From: the human T2T-CHM13v2.0 reference genome, Homo sapiens
Assembly: GCF_009914755.1 (NCBI RefSeq)
Contig: NC_060930.1
Length of the DNA stretch: 64,000 nt
Reading direction: 5' to 3' (one strand)
Under the pieces are notes generated by a model. The model was given only the letters and a program-made list of their open reading frames with translations. It searched no databases and was not told where the DNA came from. Below, piece after piece: positions 12,808 through 28,905 of this stretch. Made by a program: the position numbers and the translations under genes. Numbering within the stretch: position 1 is the stretch's first letter; every line of letters starts with the position of its first letter.

Positions 12808-14719
12808 TAATGATTTTTTTTTTATCCTTTGAGTAAGCAATGTCATCTGAGCTTTTCTACTGTGAAGTTGCTTGTTTTTTTCTTGTAATTAATAAATATT
12901 TTATGGAAGGTACTTTGAAACTAAAAATCCTTCATCATATTTCCATTTTTTTCATTGTTTTTCTTACTATGAGATCCTAACGTCCTGTGTATTCAATGGG
13001 ATATACTTTGTTACTGACATTATTTGTTGTGAAGCTCAGAGTGTTCCAAATTTCACCAGAGTCTCCTCAGCCTGGCTTCTGTGTTCTTTGGATATGTCCT
13101 CATCAGCCTTTGAATACTTCTTTGATTTCTGGCACAAGATGTTCTAGGCTCATCATGTCCTTTGTCTGTCCCAGCCCTGAAATCATTTCTCTGAGGCTCC
13201 CTGATTATTTTTAGTGGAAAATGACATTAAAGCCAAGATCTGAGCATTAGGTATACCTGTTGCAATTGGAGGGTCACTGCCCCCAGGCCCACTCAAAAAA
13301 CATTCACAAATTTATGTGTACATGTACATATATGTGTAAATGTATGTATAAGTATATACATGCATATCTATTTTATATATTATATCAAATATTTTTATAA
13401 ATAAAATATAGCTAAATATATATTTAAATCCATAAGTTCATACTGATTCTTCTAACTGTAGGGTATCCAGGGTTTATTCTAGCCTTCTCCAACAGTTAGG
13501 AAACTGGACTCCCATTACCCTCGTTATGTTTATTTGATTTATTCCCCCATACATAACCAGTTGGCTGTCACCACTGCATCCACCCCTTCCCAGACATGAA
13601 CGCCCTTCCTTCAGGCTCTGACTCCACTCATGGAGACACCCACCCACAGGGATGCCCTCTTCCTCTCCTTGGGCTCCAGGCCACCCTTCCATATGGACTC
13701 CCATGCCTGCCTCTCCCTGCTTGGGCTCTGACATACTTCCTCCGGCTGCGTCCACATGCATGCTCTCCTCTCCCCATCCAGGTTCTCACTCCCTACACTG
13801 GATCTGTCCTCTGGAGGGATGGCCTTCTCTTGCCTGGGCTCTAACTCCCCACTCCAGGCTGCCCCCCCCACCCCCCCGTTAATGAGAGTGCCCTCCTCAT
13901 GCTGCTTGGTACCACCATCCCCCAGACTGTCACAGGCTGCCTCTCCATGCAGATTATACCCATCTGAGGGCTCTAGGACTGGCCTGTGCAGTGGAGAAGG
14001 GGAAGAGCACGGCTTTATGATCACATAAAGGCCATCGGCACTGAAAGGGACATTGTGCTCCCCAACAGCTGAATTTTTCATTTTTTCTGTAGTAGTGGGT
14101 TCCAGTTTTCCAGTTACACTGGCATATTTTAGGAAACTTGTTGAAATGCAAATTCTAAAGCAAGCAAACAAAAAAAAACAATAAAAACAGGGAGCAACCA
14201 GAGTGTTCCTAGAGCATGTTTAGATTATGGGGGGGGGCACTCAGTTTTCATTTTTGACTTTTGACTACTGTTTAAATTTTCCACATTTATACTTTTATTT
14301 ATATTAATAATACTAACAGATTATAGGCCATGTTTTCTTTATAATTGCCAGTATTAAAGATAATTAGCATTATTATTTTTTAAAAGATAAAAAAATACAG
14401 AATCCAAGGCCCCATTGCTAGAGATTCTAATCCAGTACACTCGGGCCAAAGCCTGGAAATCTGTGCTTTGTACAGTTCTCCATTTGAATGTAACAATAAG
14501 CCAGGCTGGGGAGCTGCTCCACTGGATCCTTCACAGGAATGTCCTCAGTAGCCGATGGAACATCCACTGGGCAGAGCACCCCTGACTTCATCCGTCTGCA
14601 ACCTCAGGACACTTAGGTCTTGTTTTGGAGGCTCATGATCCTACTGATACCTTCTTCCAAAAAACAGTTTTCTGTGATTCTTAGGAAAACTCTGAAAAGA
14701 TGCAGGTTAAGCATCCCTC

Positions 14720-15120
14720 CAAACCATCAACGTCATCAAAAACAAGTAAAGCCTGAGACTCACTGCCCAGAGGAGCCTAAGGAGACGTGATGACTAAATG
14801 AAATGTGTCCCAAATGGGATCCTGGGACAGTAAAAGGACGTTAGGCAAAAACCAAGTATGGACTGTAGGTAATAATCACGTATCACTATCAGGTCATGAA
14901 GTATAGCAAATGTACCGTACTAATGGAAGAAGGTGTTAATAAGACAGGAAATTGTATCCTGCACAGACCCAGTGCTGTGTGGGATACCCAGTCCTTGTTG
15001 CCTGTGGCTCACAGCCAAGCCCTCTCTCATTAAACAACATGGAATATGTAGGAACTCTCTGTCCTCTGCACGATAATTCTGTAAATCTAAAGTGGTTCTA
15101 AAATTAAAAGTTTATTAGAA
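14720..15120 (+). mobile_element. L1MC-type 3' end carrying a 76-bp foreign insert
   Basis: aaatgtaccgtactaatg...ggaactctctgt...ctgtaaatctaaa...aaaagtttatt matches an L1MC 3' end; non-L1 sequence at 14964-15039. Confidence 0.6.
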
Positions 15121-16466
15121 AGAAGATGGAAGTCACAAGAAGTGTAATGATGTGACATGACAAAGTCAATGGTAGCTCTTTATAAATAACCAGAAAAAGA
15201 TGAGACTATCAGAACGCACATGAAGAACCTAAGTAGGGCGTCATCACCTCCATGTGGGAGATAAGACACACGCCATTACTGCAATCCATTGGTCTGAGTT
15301 TCCAGGAGTGACAGCAGGAGTGGCTACCGCTGCTTCTGTTCTAGGAAATGTGAGGACAGAAGGGACTGATTGCTCCAAAAGGTCGCCGTATAAATGTCTG
15401 ATGGATGACCAGTTGTGCAGAGGAAGCATCTGGCCCTGCATCCAGGCAGGGAGAAAGGATGACTCTGGTAGGAGCACTTATGTTCTTTGCCCTTTGAGAA
15501 CAGCTGTTGTGTGCTTGATGTACCACCTGTCCTTTGTTGGCAGAAAAGCCCTTTCAGAGCAGACCCAGTACTGTGCAGGAGAACCAGTCCATGTTGCCTG
15601 TGGCTCAGAGCCAAGCCCTCTCTCATTAAACAACAGCCGAAATGTTTGAGTTAGAGCCTACAAACAATGCAGCCGAATATTGGTGGATGCTTCCCGAGTG
15701 TTTGTGATAATAAACGCAGCTGAAACAGAGAAAAGCTGCACTTCTTTTTATACTAAGGTAGACAATGTGTCCAGCATATGGGAGGGAAATTGTACTGTTT
15801 ATAAATTGCATTCTGAATTGGAAGCATTTTACCTATTTCAGGTCAGAAAATCATCAAGCTTTATTTCTCTAAAGCCAAAAGTTATTTTTAAAATACAAAT
15901 AACCTTTTTATTTTACAGCTCTCAGAGAGTGTGTAAAAAAAAAAAAAAAGAGTATAATTCTACCATACCTGGACCAACATGAAATATCAATGGCAAAGGC
16001 TAAAACATAAAAAGTGCCACCATTGCCACTCATATATGTGCGTATGGCAGACTGTCCTTTCTCTCTCCTTGAGGAGCAAACATACATGTGCTCAGCTGCT
16101 GAAAGGGTCCACTCTCTGCCAGAAGCATCTAGGAACACAGGTCTCCTGGCGTCCTGGGAGCTTGCTCCTGGTTAAAATAAGAGGGCTGGTGCTGGATTTC
16201 TTTACCTGTTAGCTTGGCTGTGTTGGCCAGGGTTCAGCTGCAGAAAGCATAATCTGCTCTAGGTAAATTAAATAGAAAGTGATTTATTATAGGATTTTAG
16301 GTAGCTTTCAGGATCGCTGGAGAGCTGAAGAAGTAGACCCTAGACCAAACTTCCACAAATGACTCCCAAAACCATATGGCAAACCATCAGAGGAGCTGCT
16401 GTGTCTGCCTTCATCAGGAAGCTGTCACAGCAGCTGCTGGCTCCAAAACCAGCCACCTCAGCTATA

Positions 16467-17077
<611 letters not shown>

Positions 17078-17737
17078 TATTCAAAAAGCCATTACCACAG
17101 TGCCCAACTCAAGAGCACATCACCTGTGCCACTAATCTGCAAAACACATACCCTGCATCCTGCTGCTTTCCATATGACCCAGTTTCAAATCAAAGCACTT
17201 GAGTACAAGTCGCAGGTAGAACCTAAATTGCATTCTGAACCTGAATTGCAAGGGATCCTGGGATATTAGTTTTTGCTTTTCCGCTGCTGCACACTAGACG
17301 GGGAATGCAGTGGATGCTGAGGAGCCTCATCTATGTCATGTGTCACTGTCTGCCCTTTAGCTTCCCAGTTATCCGTGTATACTCTTCTTGCTGTAAGTAG
17401 GACCCACTCCATTCCCTGTAAATTTCTGCATCCCATTCAAAGTCCAGGATCTCTGGGTATGTGTAGCTCTCTTCATTAGGTCCAGATAGAGCTTTTTATC
17501 ACCTAGTGACCTATAAATAAAGACTGCCTCTGCTCCTGATATACAGTGGTGGCAAAGGAAAATTAAAACTCTCATTCAGAAAGGAGGAGTATGGGAAACA
17601 TACAACTGCTATTTGTCCTTAGTAGTGACCTCATCCCACTAGGCAACAATGGTAAAGGCACCTTGCTCAGATAGTAGAGTGAGGTCCTTGGGTAGCCATC
17701 CAGGGCTCCTTTGTCCATGAAGCCCAAGGCCCAAATC

Positions 17738-18595
<858 letters not shown>

Positions 18596-20258
18596 CACAG
18601 CTCACATGAGAATAGATGGTATACCATCTCCTATTAGCTGCAATAAAAGTATATCTGATAAGTAGTCATTTAAAACATTTCTCTAACTCTTCTTGTACCT
18701 CTACTGCTATGTAGGCAATACCTGATTAGCCACATGCAGATGAACCATGAGATTAAGAGTGTTACCACCTCACCCGCACCCCCCAAGTCTCCCATCACTC
18801 AGATAGCCAGTCCATCTGAACATCTGCAGTATGCGTTGTCTCTGAAGGGAACAGGTCCGGCAAGAGTAGACGTGGGAGTTGAGCTGGGAAAGAGCTTCTC
18901 TGAGAGCAGCCCTGGGTAAGGAGGGGTGGTGTAGCAGTGCCGATCTCCAGAACAAGGAAAATGGAGCCCTGCAGCTGACAGTATGGCAAATGTAGGGCTC
19001 AGTTTGAGGGATGGGTGAAAAATACACTTTTAAAAATAGAGCCTGGTCGGTTCTGGAAGAAGGCAGCAGCAGCAGCAGCATCATTTTAAAATCTCTCTGA
19101 ATCCTCACACAAAAAAACAGAACAACTGGTTAGCAAAACCAGGCACCTACAGACAACACTTACCTCAAAACTGTGCGATACAGTATCCTCACTCACCCCC
19201 AAATCTAAAGAGGATGTGGAAGTAAACCCCCCACAGCCATAAAGACCTGCATGATAGCAGTGTGTGTGCAAGAGGAAGAAGCAGGAGGAAACAGTGGGGC
19301 ATCTGAGAGGCCTGAGAATAGGAGAACCCCAAAATAGCTCACAGGTAGTCGCCAGAAATCATTGAAGCTGAAACAGAAGGGGTTCACCCAATTCAATACC
19401 AGGGGAGTGCAAGGGATTTTTGGTGAGTTCTGAAAGGGGCTGAGGCCGTCTGGGCCACATACAGTCTTGAACCCAAACGGCCAAAGCTCCCTACCTGGAC
19501 ATGGCAGGAGAAATTGCTGATAGTGGCATTAAAATTGAGCAGGACAATGGAGATGAAGGAAGGAGAAAGCCCAGACAACATTGAGGAAGGGGAGCAGAGA
19601 GGAAACCTCAGAGAGCAAGCTGTGGCAGTTTTCAACACTTCACTGAAACAACCAAAGAGAGTTCTGTGAAGTTAAGTAAATCTTTCCTGAGCAACATCTT
19701 CTTACAGCTCTGCAAAACTAATTTTGCACAATAAGCAACAGAAAAGTATCAAGGGCCAATCTCATCATAGAATTATAAAGAACAGAGCAAAATAACATTC
19801 CTACAGACAATGAAATCATGCCAGAAAGACAAGTTAATAAAAGAGGTTAAAACAGAAACATACTATTTCAAAATGAACTAAAATACAAAGCTTTAAAAAG
19901 AAATGAAGAAAGACATTAAAAAGGACTGAAGATGAAGTGTCAAGTGATAATTTGACAAGTCCCAATGGGTTACTGGATCTAGGCATTGGCCTCAGTGACT
20001 GTTAACATAAAAAAGATAAGCAACCAGAGACTGTGACCCTCCTGATGAAGCAATACACCACCAGCCATAGTGTTACCAAAGCAATCGAAACAGCATCTCA
20101 CCACCCTCTGGGTCCAACTGCTGACCCACAGCGCATATAAAGGGCAGAGGAACACTTTGAACTGCATCTTGACTATGCAAGCAGCTAAATCCAAACTGAG
20201 GGAAACTCTACAACCCAGATTCTTCAACAGATAAATTGTAAGAAAAAGAAAAGTGAGA

Positions 20259-20429
20259 GGCCGGGTTCAGTGGCTCGAGCCTGTAATCCCAGCACTTTGG
20301 GAGGGCAAGGCAGGAGGATCGCCTGAGCCCAGGAGTTCGAGGTTGCAGTGAGCCATGATCGCTCCATTGTATTCCAGCCTAGGAGATACAGGAAGACCCT
20401 GTGTCTTAAAAAAAGAAAGAAAAAGAAAG
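20259..20429 (+). mobile_element. Alu monomer (FRAM-like)
   Basis: ~170-bp single arm ending in an A-rich tail. Confidence 0.75.
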
Positions 20430-21127
20430 ATGAGAGCATCTGTAGATTAAAAAGCATATCACACTTTTGAAATGAGCAGGACTATAGAATCTAGGGGTGC
20501 ACATTTGAACGACAGTGTCTTTTTTTAAAAGTGCAAACAAGTGATTACTATAGAAGTCAGGATAAGGTTACTTATGAGTCAGGGTAGGGGATTGTGATGG
20601 GGTTGGGGCACCTGGAAGGGGCTTTTGGGTTGGTTGTCAGAATTTCTGTTTGTTTACCTGGGTGATGTTCACTTTATAATAATTATGTGTTTGTTTTGTG
20701 TGATTTTCTGTATCGATTTTATTTTGCAATAAAAAAGTGAAAAGCACTGGTAAATCTGAAACACAGTAGTTTTTCTATGATAAATATTGGGTAAATATTG
20801 TTAGTTTTTATATTTAATTAATGTGTACATAATGGTATTTCAACTGAAAACTTTACCAACCTTGTAGCAGCCTCTAAATCTCTATTGTGTATTTCATTGA
20901 TCTTTGCTATATAACAGTGTAAAAAAACAGTCACATTTTAAGGACAAGATGTTCCAGCTCTACCTAGGAAATAATAGGGGTTACAGTATGTTATCTAGAT
21001 TTATTGGCTCCAAACCCCATATGCTCATTAACTATATTTTTGTTCTAATATCTGCACAATAGAATGACCATTATAAAAGTTCACATGGCTTCACTTAAAG
21101 CACATTACTTGGTGGGGATGGTTGAAG

Positions 21128-21149
21128 TGTATATATATGTGTGTGTGTG

Positions 21150-21192
<43 letters not shown>

Positions 21193-21290
21193 CTTTCTTC
21201 AGCATTGTTTTTAAAGAATACATATACATATATAAGTAGGTATAAAGCATAACTATATATATATAGTGTGTGTGTATATATATATACACC
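21128..21290. repeat. (TA)n/(TG)n microsatellite cluster
   Basis: Directly visible dinucleotide runs. Confidence 0.95.
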
Positions 21291-22812
21291 ATATCTCATC
21301 TACACACATGCATACACATTATTTTTTAATCTAGTGAATCTGATGACAAATGAGTCTACAAAAGATAGAGTTTAGCAGCCTTAGACATAACAAATGCATA
21401 CATTTCTTTAATATCTATTAATGTCATTGTATACTTTGATCTATAAATAATTTTTTTGTGCTGTTGATGTTGCCTAGGCTTGGCGATAAAATCCTCAACC
21501 TTTGCCAGACTGCAGTGTCTTTCTTGTTGGTCTGTCATTGACATGGCTCCCTGACAGGTTGAAGACAGATCAGTGTTTGAGAAACACGTACAGTAAGAAT
21601 TTTGCTGTCCTCATGCTCTCTCTATAACCAAAATGTCACTGACTCTCTTCCTATCAAAGTCTTTAAAGACCCAGCCTACTCTGAGGAGCTGAAATTCCTT
21701 ATTGCTGATCCTTTGAAGGGCCTCATGAGCAGACAACCTGCTCTCCTGGTCACCCCTAGTTCTGTGTTATTTTAATGCAATTGAATGTAGTCTCCAGTCA
21801 TCTCAGGATGTGTCATTGTTGTGGATAAAAGCAAAGTACAGTAAGCTATCTTGGCTGTTTGCTGGGAGCATTAAAAAGACCCACATTTAATTGTAGCACA
21901 TCCTATGAAGATAGAGCCCTTTTGGGGGGTTTTACTGTACAACTTCCATCTTCCTTTGTATGTCACCGTACTATCTAGTGTCCAGTGAAATGTTGATATT
22001 TCAAGTACAGACCCAGCTGGGTCTGAGGTCCAGTTCTGTGTCTGACTACAGGGAATCTCCACAGGGGTCCCAGCTAACCAGTTTGGCATCCAGGGTGCAT
22101 TTCTGATTCCTCTGATAAGATGCACCCTAGCAAGGCTGAGGTCTCAGCTCAGCAGAATAGATTCTCCAGATTTTCTTTCCCTGTGTTATCTTGGGCACCC
22201 TGTTATGGCCAACCACCCGCATTCTCACAGGGCCAGCCCTGAGCCAAGTAGCAGAGTGTGTTGTCATTGTGCCCCCCAGCCCCTCACACTGCCTTGTTAG
22301 CTTACCATCGTCCCCTTTTTGTGACCTTCCTGGACATGCTCGTGTGCATGCACACTCCGTACACACACATGCTCTGCATCACACCTGACTTGTTGGTTGA
22401 CTCATCCCTTGAAGGCTTACCTCTTGCTAAGGATGTCAGACACGGAGCTGCATTTCAACAAGGCCTTTCTGGAGACAGTGCCTTCCCCACGGGGTGCATG
22501 GAAATTTTAAGCCTGTGGCAGCCCAAGTGGGGTGGGAATGGAGGGATATTTTTGAATAGAGAGATTATTGGGTGCTTTTCAAATTACCCGAGAAAGGAAG
22601 GAAGTGGCCTATTACAGACCCACAAGCCATCATCCAAAAGCCGGAGGCTAGATGAGTCGCAGAATTCCGAATTGTCAGCATAGCAGGATGGTACATACAC
22701 CTTCTAATACATCCCCAGTGTGATTGGAGGCCATGTCCAATAGTTAGACACATTAATATTCACGGGAAGTGGGGGTGATTATTGTCAGCTCATTAGGATG
22801 TGCCACAAAATG

Positions 22813-23627
<815 letters not shown>

Positions 23628-23795
23628 AAAGAGCGCAGGTCCACCTGGTGGACACGTCTGATTAGCTTAGAACCTGTCTTGTCTCATCTTCAAAAGGTAA
23701 CTTATTAAAAGTCCTTTGCGTCTGAAGCCTTTCTCCTTTTCTGTCACTTGCAAATTCCAAATTATAGCTAATAAAGATGACTAGATAATTTGCTG
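23628..23795 (+). other. FIG4: FIG4 3' UTR (short); end approximate
   Basis: Follows the stop codon; AATAAA at 23770-23775 places cleavage about 15-25 nt downstream. Confidence 0.75.
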
Positions 23796-23810
23796 TTGTT
23801 GCCTTTGCTT
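23770..23810 (+). terminator. FIG4: Polyadenylation signal with GU/U-rich downstream element
   Basis: AATAAA 23770-23775 followed by tgctgttgttgcctttgctt at 23791-23810. Confidence 0.8.
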
Positions 23811-24320
23811 TATTTTAGAAATACTTTGTTTACAAATGTGGTCAATATACTATCACACCATCACATTAAGAAATTCACAGGTATCTGCTGAGCACCTGCT
23901 GTGTGCCAGGCACCATGGCAAGGTCTAGGAACATCCCAGTAAGCAAAACAGGCCAAAAAATTCCTCTCTTGTGAGGAATGAAGGCAAAGTATTTTTCTTA
24001 TCTTTATCCGTGAAAGCAAAGTATTGTTTCCTTGTAGTTAACATTTTGACATTTATTCTGGTGGCTTCTATGTTAACTTTGTATTTTGATCAGAAATTTC
24101 ATTATTCTAAAAGGCCTTGTTTATAGGAAACAAATGCTGAAATATTTATGGATAAACGGACAAGATGTCAAAAAAGTGTTCTCCAGTGGTTCAGGATAAA
24201 AAGAATGAATGATAAATCAAATGGAGCAAAATATTAATAACTTGTAAATCTAGGTAAAAAGTAAACAGGAGTTCTTTGAGCTACTCGTGCTGCTTTTCTG
24301 TAAGTATAAAATTATATCAA

Positions 24321-24610
24321 GGCTGGGCACAGTGGCTCACGCCTGTAATCCCAGCACTTTGGGATGCTGAGGCGGGGGGATCACCTGAGGTCGGGAGTTC
24401 AAGACCAGCCTGACCAACATGGAGAAACCTCGTCTCTACTAAAACTACAAAACTAGCCGGGCGTGGTGGCGCATGCCTGTAATCCCAGCTACTAGGGAGG
24501 CTGAGGCAGGAGAATCGCTTGAACCTGGGAGGTGGAGGTTGCGGTAAGCCAAGATCGGCCATTGCACTCCAGCCTGGGCAACAAGAGTGAAACCCGTCTC
24601 AAAAAAAAAA
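24321..24610 (+). mobile_element. AluS (AluSp-like)
   Basis: Full dimer; TSD aaaattatatcaa on both sides. Confidence 0.92.
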
Positions 24611-26313
24611 ATTATATCAAAATAAATTGTTAAAATTATTATTCCAGTTGACTTCCTGTGGCATGCAGCTGCGTTACATACTTTGACATTTGGTGTTCAG
24701 TCAGGTGTTGACTGATCACAGCACGTGTTTTGTTCTCTGTATAGTCAAACATGAATGTGGACAACTTTCTGCATTTCCTAACAGTTTACCACAAATGATT
24801 TGATCTCATTATGTCTATACTTTTGTTACAGACTGTCCCATTCTCCCTCCCCATAAATAATATAGAGAAGAAAGCCAAGCCTTCTAATGGGAGAAGGAAA
24901 ACTGGTTAGCCAAAATGACCTGTGAGCTATCACCAACCCTGACATGCTGGGATTCTATGGAAGGTTTTATATTGCAAAGAAAGGTTAAGTCCCCATTTGA
25001 CAGATATTTTTGATTGATGCCATCATGAAGTAAAGATTAGAGAATGACAAAATAATAGGTAAGAGGAATTTTGCCTTGGCGCAGGTTGAATATCTAACAC
25101 AATAGCTTGCTGTTGTGTGTGGGGGTGGGATCTCACGTAAATCTTCCCAAGTCAAAGAATAATCCCAAATTGCTGCAGAGGTGCCAATTATAGATCAGAC
25201 ACTGATCTTCATTTTTAAAATTTATTTTTAACATGGCTTCTAGAGGTCCACCTACTTAGGAAAAGAATGAACTTAAAGTTCTTTGAGAAGATCTGAAATC
25301 CAGATCTTCTTTCACAACCTCCCTGAGCTTAACTTTCCATAGCTGTAAAATGAGGATAATAATCCCTGCTCTACTGGCTTATTATGGCACTTAAGAGACT
25401 CTGCATGTAAAACATACAGCCATGGTTCCATGGTTCCTGGCACATAAATGATGCTGTCAATGGTAGCTGCTGTTGATGATGGCAGTGGTTGGTATTGGTG
25501 ACAGTGATGGTGTCCTCAGCACCAACACCCCGATATTTTCAATTTAAGGCATCCGTGTATGTCCTTTTCAGAGTTAACACAATTTTGATGTAACAAGGTG
25601 GTATCTGAGCTATTACTTTTGACATTCAGATTACTTAACTTTGGATATACAAGGAAGGCTTTACAAATTGGTAGCAAACCAGACATAACATTTAACCTCT
25701 AGAAAAAGGTTAGTGATCTCAAGGAGCATGTAAACAAAGTAAATGCGTATCTGAAAGTACTAAAAAGCTAATATGTCATGGAAAATATAGAAACTGCTCT
25801 TATTTGTAGACCCAAAGGGAAGCAAATATGGTTAAGAGCAGGAGCTTTGCTCTCCATCACTTACTAGTAGCTGTGGGTCTTTGAGCAATCACTTAGCATC
25901 TCTAATCCTCAATTTTTTCATCTAGTATAGATAGTTGCTGAGAGAAAGAAGATACCTGTAAAGCACTGGGCATGGTGTCTAGCACAGCGTAAATATTCAC
26001 TAAAAGATCACTGATCACATATAATCACCAGCACTTGCTAACCTGGTACCTGAGCATCATCTCGGAACAAGGTTATATATTAATGCTCACCATGTCCTAG
26101 TCACTGAAAAAGGAGAAGATGTCCTAGTTCAGCTTGGCATTGTAGATTTTAATTCTTTAAATAAGGCAATCTAAATGAATCTGGAGACACAGTAGGTCAT
26201 AAATTGAAATCTCAGCAAATTATGGCGAGATCCCATGAAATAAAATTTTGTTGGTTGTATACCCAAGGGCAAAGCATTCACATTAAAATAACAATGTGAA
26301 CTTCCTAAGGGTA

Positions 26314-26316
<3 letters not shown>

Positions 26317-26359
<43 letters not shown>

Positions 26360-26363
26360 TGTG
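26317..26363. repeat. (GT)n microsatellite
   Basis: Directly visible. Confidence 0.95.
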
Positions 26364-28344
26364 ATGGTGGAGGATAGGGTTGGAGGGGCATGTCTCTTAA
26401 AGCCACTTAGTATGTAAATCTAGCCACCACTACGGAGGAAGTCATGTATCATTTTGTCAAACCTGGAGATCCTTCCGTCTTGGTTGGACTTTTCCAGCTT
26501 ATACACTCCCTGCCATGCTGTTGGGAAGACTGGACACATGTATTGAACAAATGGTTCTGGCATGGAAAAGCATTCATTTGTCATGAGGCAGAATTCATAG
26601 GATTGTGCTCTGTCCTCAGAGTTTAATCTTATGTTTTGTGGATCCAAATGGAAATTATTTTATGTGAAGTTCATTTCTCCATAGAAAAGTGACTCCACTT
26701 AGAATCCAAATAGACTTTATTCTTCACTTACATGTGAATAAATTAGATGCCACTTGAAAATGAGATTCCAACTTTAGTCGAAAATTGTCCTGTATCTTAT
26801 TATATGTTTCACAGTAAAGCTTTTTTTCTCCAACTCACTGAGTTTTCTTCTTCCTAGAATTTACCAGATGCTGAATCAGAAGTATTTTCTCCTTTTGGAA
26901 AGTAATGTGCCTCACGATTGCCTCCACACGTGCCTTCGAGGTTAGCTGGTCAGAATGAGATTGCTTAGAGTGGCCAGAGAAGGCAAAGATGTTCTTATGT
27001 CCTGAATATGCTTTTTCTTGAAATCATGTTTTGCTCTTTTAAAATCAGTTTAAAGATACATTCTCTTTTTCTGGTTTGGCCCCCTAGCATTTTTTATATG
27101 TTCTGTTGAGATAAGTATTGCTTAAATGAATCGTTTATTGAAGGAAAAATGATCTGTTTTCCTTATTTCAAGACTTATCACCCTCCCTTTGGAAGAGACA
27201 ATGGATTATTTCAGAAACTGCATGGTTCTGAGGTGCTCCTAGCATAGGTCAGTTTTTTCTATCTGCACTTGAGCAGCTTTCTTTAACAGAATTTTGAGTC
27301 TCCCTTTTCCGTTTCAGAAGTTGAGGGTCATTTGCTAATAGAGAATAGTAAGCTGTCATTTCACTCTTGCTACCCATACACAGAATTTTTTTGGGTTCAT
27401 TTCTTCAGTACATTCAAGGAAACACCAATGTAATTGCAATCCAACTGGTAAATAAAAATTGTTGTCTTAATTGATCCCCCATGGGTTGAAGATTTCTTTC
27501 ACAAAAAAATTACAAAACTAAACCACTTGCCTTAGTTTATAGAGAAAGAGAAGGGCCAGGAAATCAGATTTGCTAAATTAGGCAGCAACCAAGATTCTGG
27601 TCAAAAGCCAGGGAAACGTGGCATGGATAATGGGAGAGAGGAACCTCAAATGGTGTTGCCTCAAGGTTAGTTGCAGAGACAAGGAAAATGCTTTCACTTG
27701 CATTTTCTTTTCTGCTAAGAAGCAAATAAGTCCAGCACTCCTCTAACACCATCATTTTTCCTTTTAAGATGGGAATTACAATTTGAAAACAAAGTTCTCT
27801 TCTCTTGTTCCTCCCCTAACCCCCAGTCATTGTGTCTTAGAGATGATTGGGCTGGTGATTAAATTTTCCATCTGGTCCCAAGCTGGCAGAATACCTAACA
27901 CAGGTGCATCCTAAAGATCCTGCACTCTGGGAACAATGGTATCCTGACCTCACCTATGGTTACAATAGCTGGATAGTTCTCTGGGTGGTTTCCTATGGGG
28001 AGGGGGTGCATAATTAAATTTGTATGTGGGCAACTTTGGCTCATGTTAAAAGAAGACATTTCTGGAAGTGTGTTGGGGAAAGAAGGTTTTTATGTGTGCC
28101 TGGCAGCTACCCTTAGTAGCTCAAGTGTATATCTCCTATCTTGTCTAGCACATCCCTTTTTTGAGGGGGTTGCCCCTTTTCCACACCAACAACCATCTGC
28201 CCTCCCTTTGACCCAGAGTCATTAGGTCAGGGCAGGAGAGTGAGATGAAATTTCTGATTCTCTCTTTCCTCTTCCTTTTTTGGAATACCCTTCCTTTACC
28301 TGAGGAGCCCACTGCACAGAGGAAAGACAGATGTGTAAACAATG

Positions 28345-28698
28345 TGATAAGGTTTGGCTGTGTCCCCACCCAAATCTCAAATTGTAGCTTCCATAATTCC
28401 CATGTGTTGTGGGAGGGACCCAGTGGGAGGTAATTGAATCATGAAGGCAGGTCAGGAAAGTGATAGTGAATAAGTCCCACAAGATCTGATGGTTTTATAA
28501 AGGGGAGTTCCCCTGCACATGGTTCTCTCTCTTGCCTGTTGCCATGTAAGATGTGACTTTGCTCCTCCTTTGCCTTCCACCATGATTGCAAGGCCTCCCC
28601 AGCCATGTGGATCTGTGAGTCCATTAAACCTCTTTTTCTTTATAAATTACCCAGTCTCTGGTATGTCTTTATTAGCAGCATGAGAACAGACTAATACA
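28345..28698 (+). mobile_element. THE1B-like solo LTR
   Basis: tgataaggtttggctgtgtccccacccaaatctc...gaacagactaataca; TSD caatg/caatc. Confidence 0.85.
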
Positions 28699-28905
28699 CA
28701 ATCTAATACAAAATGATTTCCTAGGATCATCAGCTCTGCACAAAGCTCCCAGGGCCCCAGGAGGGTGTAACTTACTTTGTAGGATAATGAAGGAAAATTT
28801 TACTAAATTTGATTTTAAGAGAACCAGTAGAAACTTGACACATAGGGGTAGTAGAGAGGGCATTCAAAAGAACAATGGAAATAAGAAATGTAGCCTATTT
28901 GGGGG

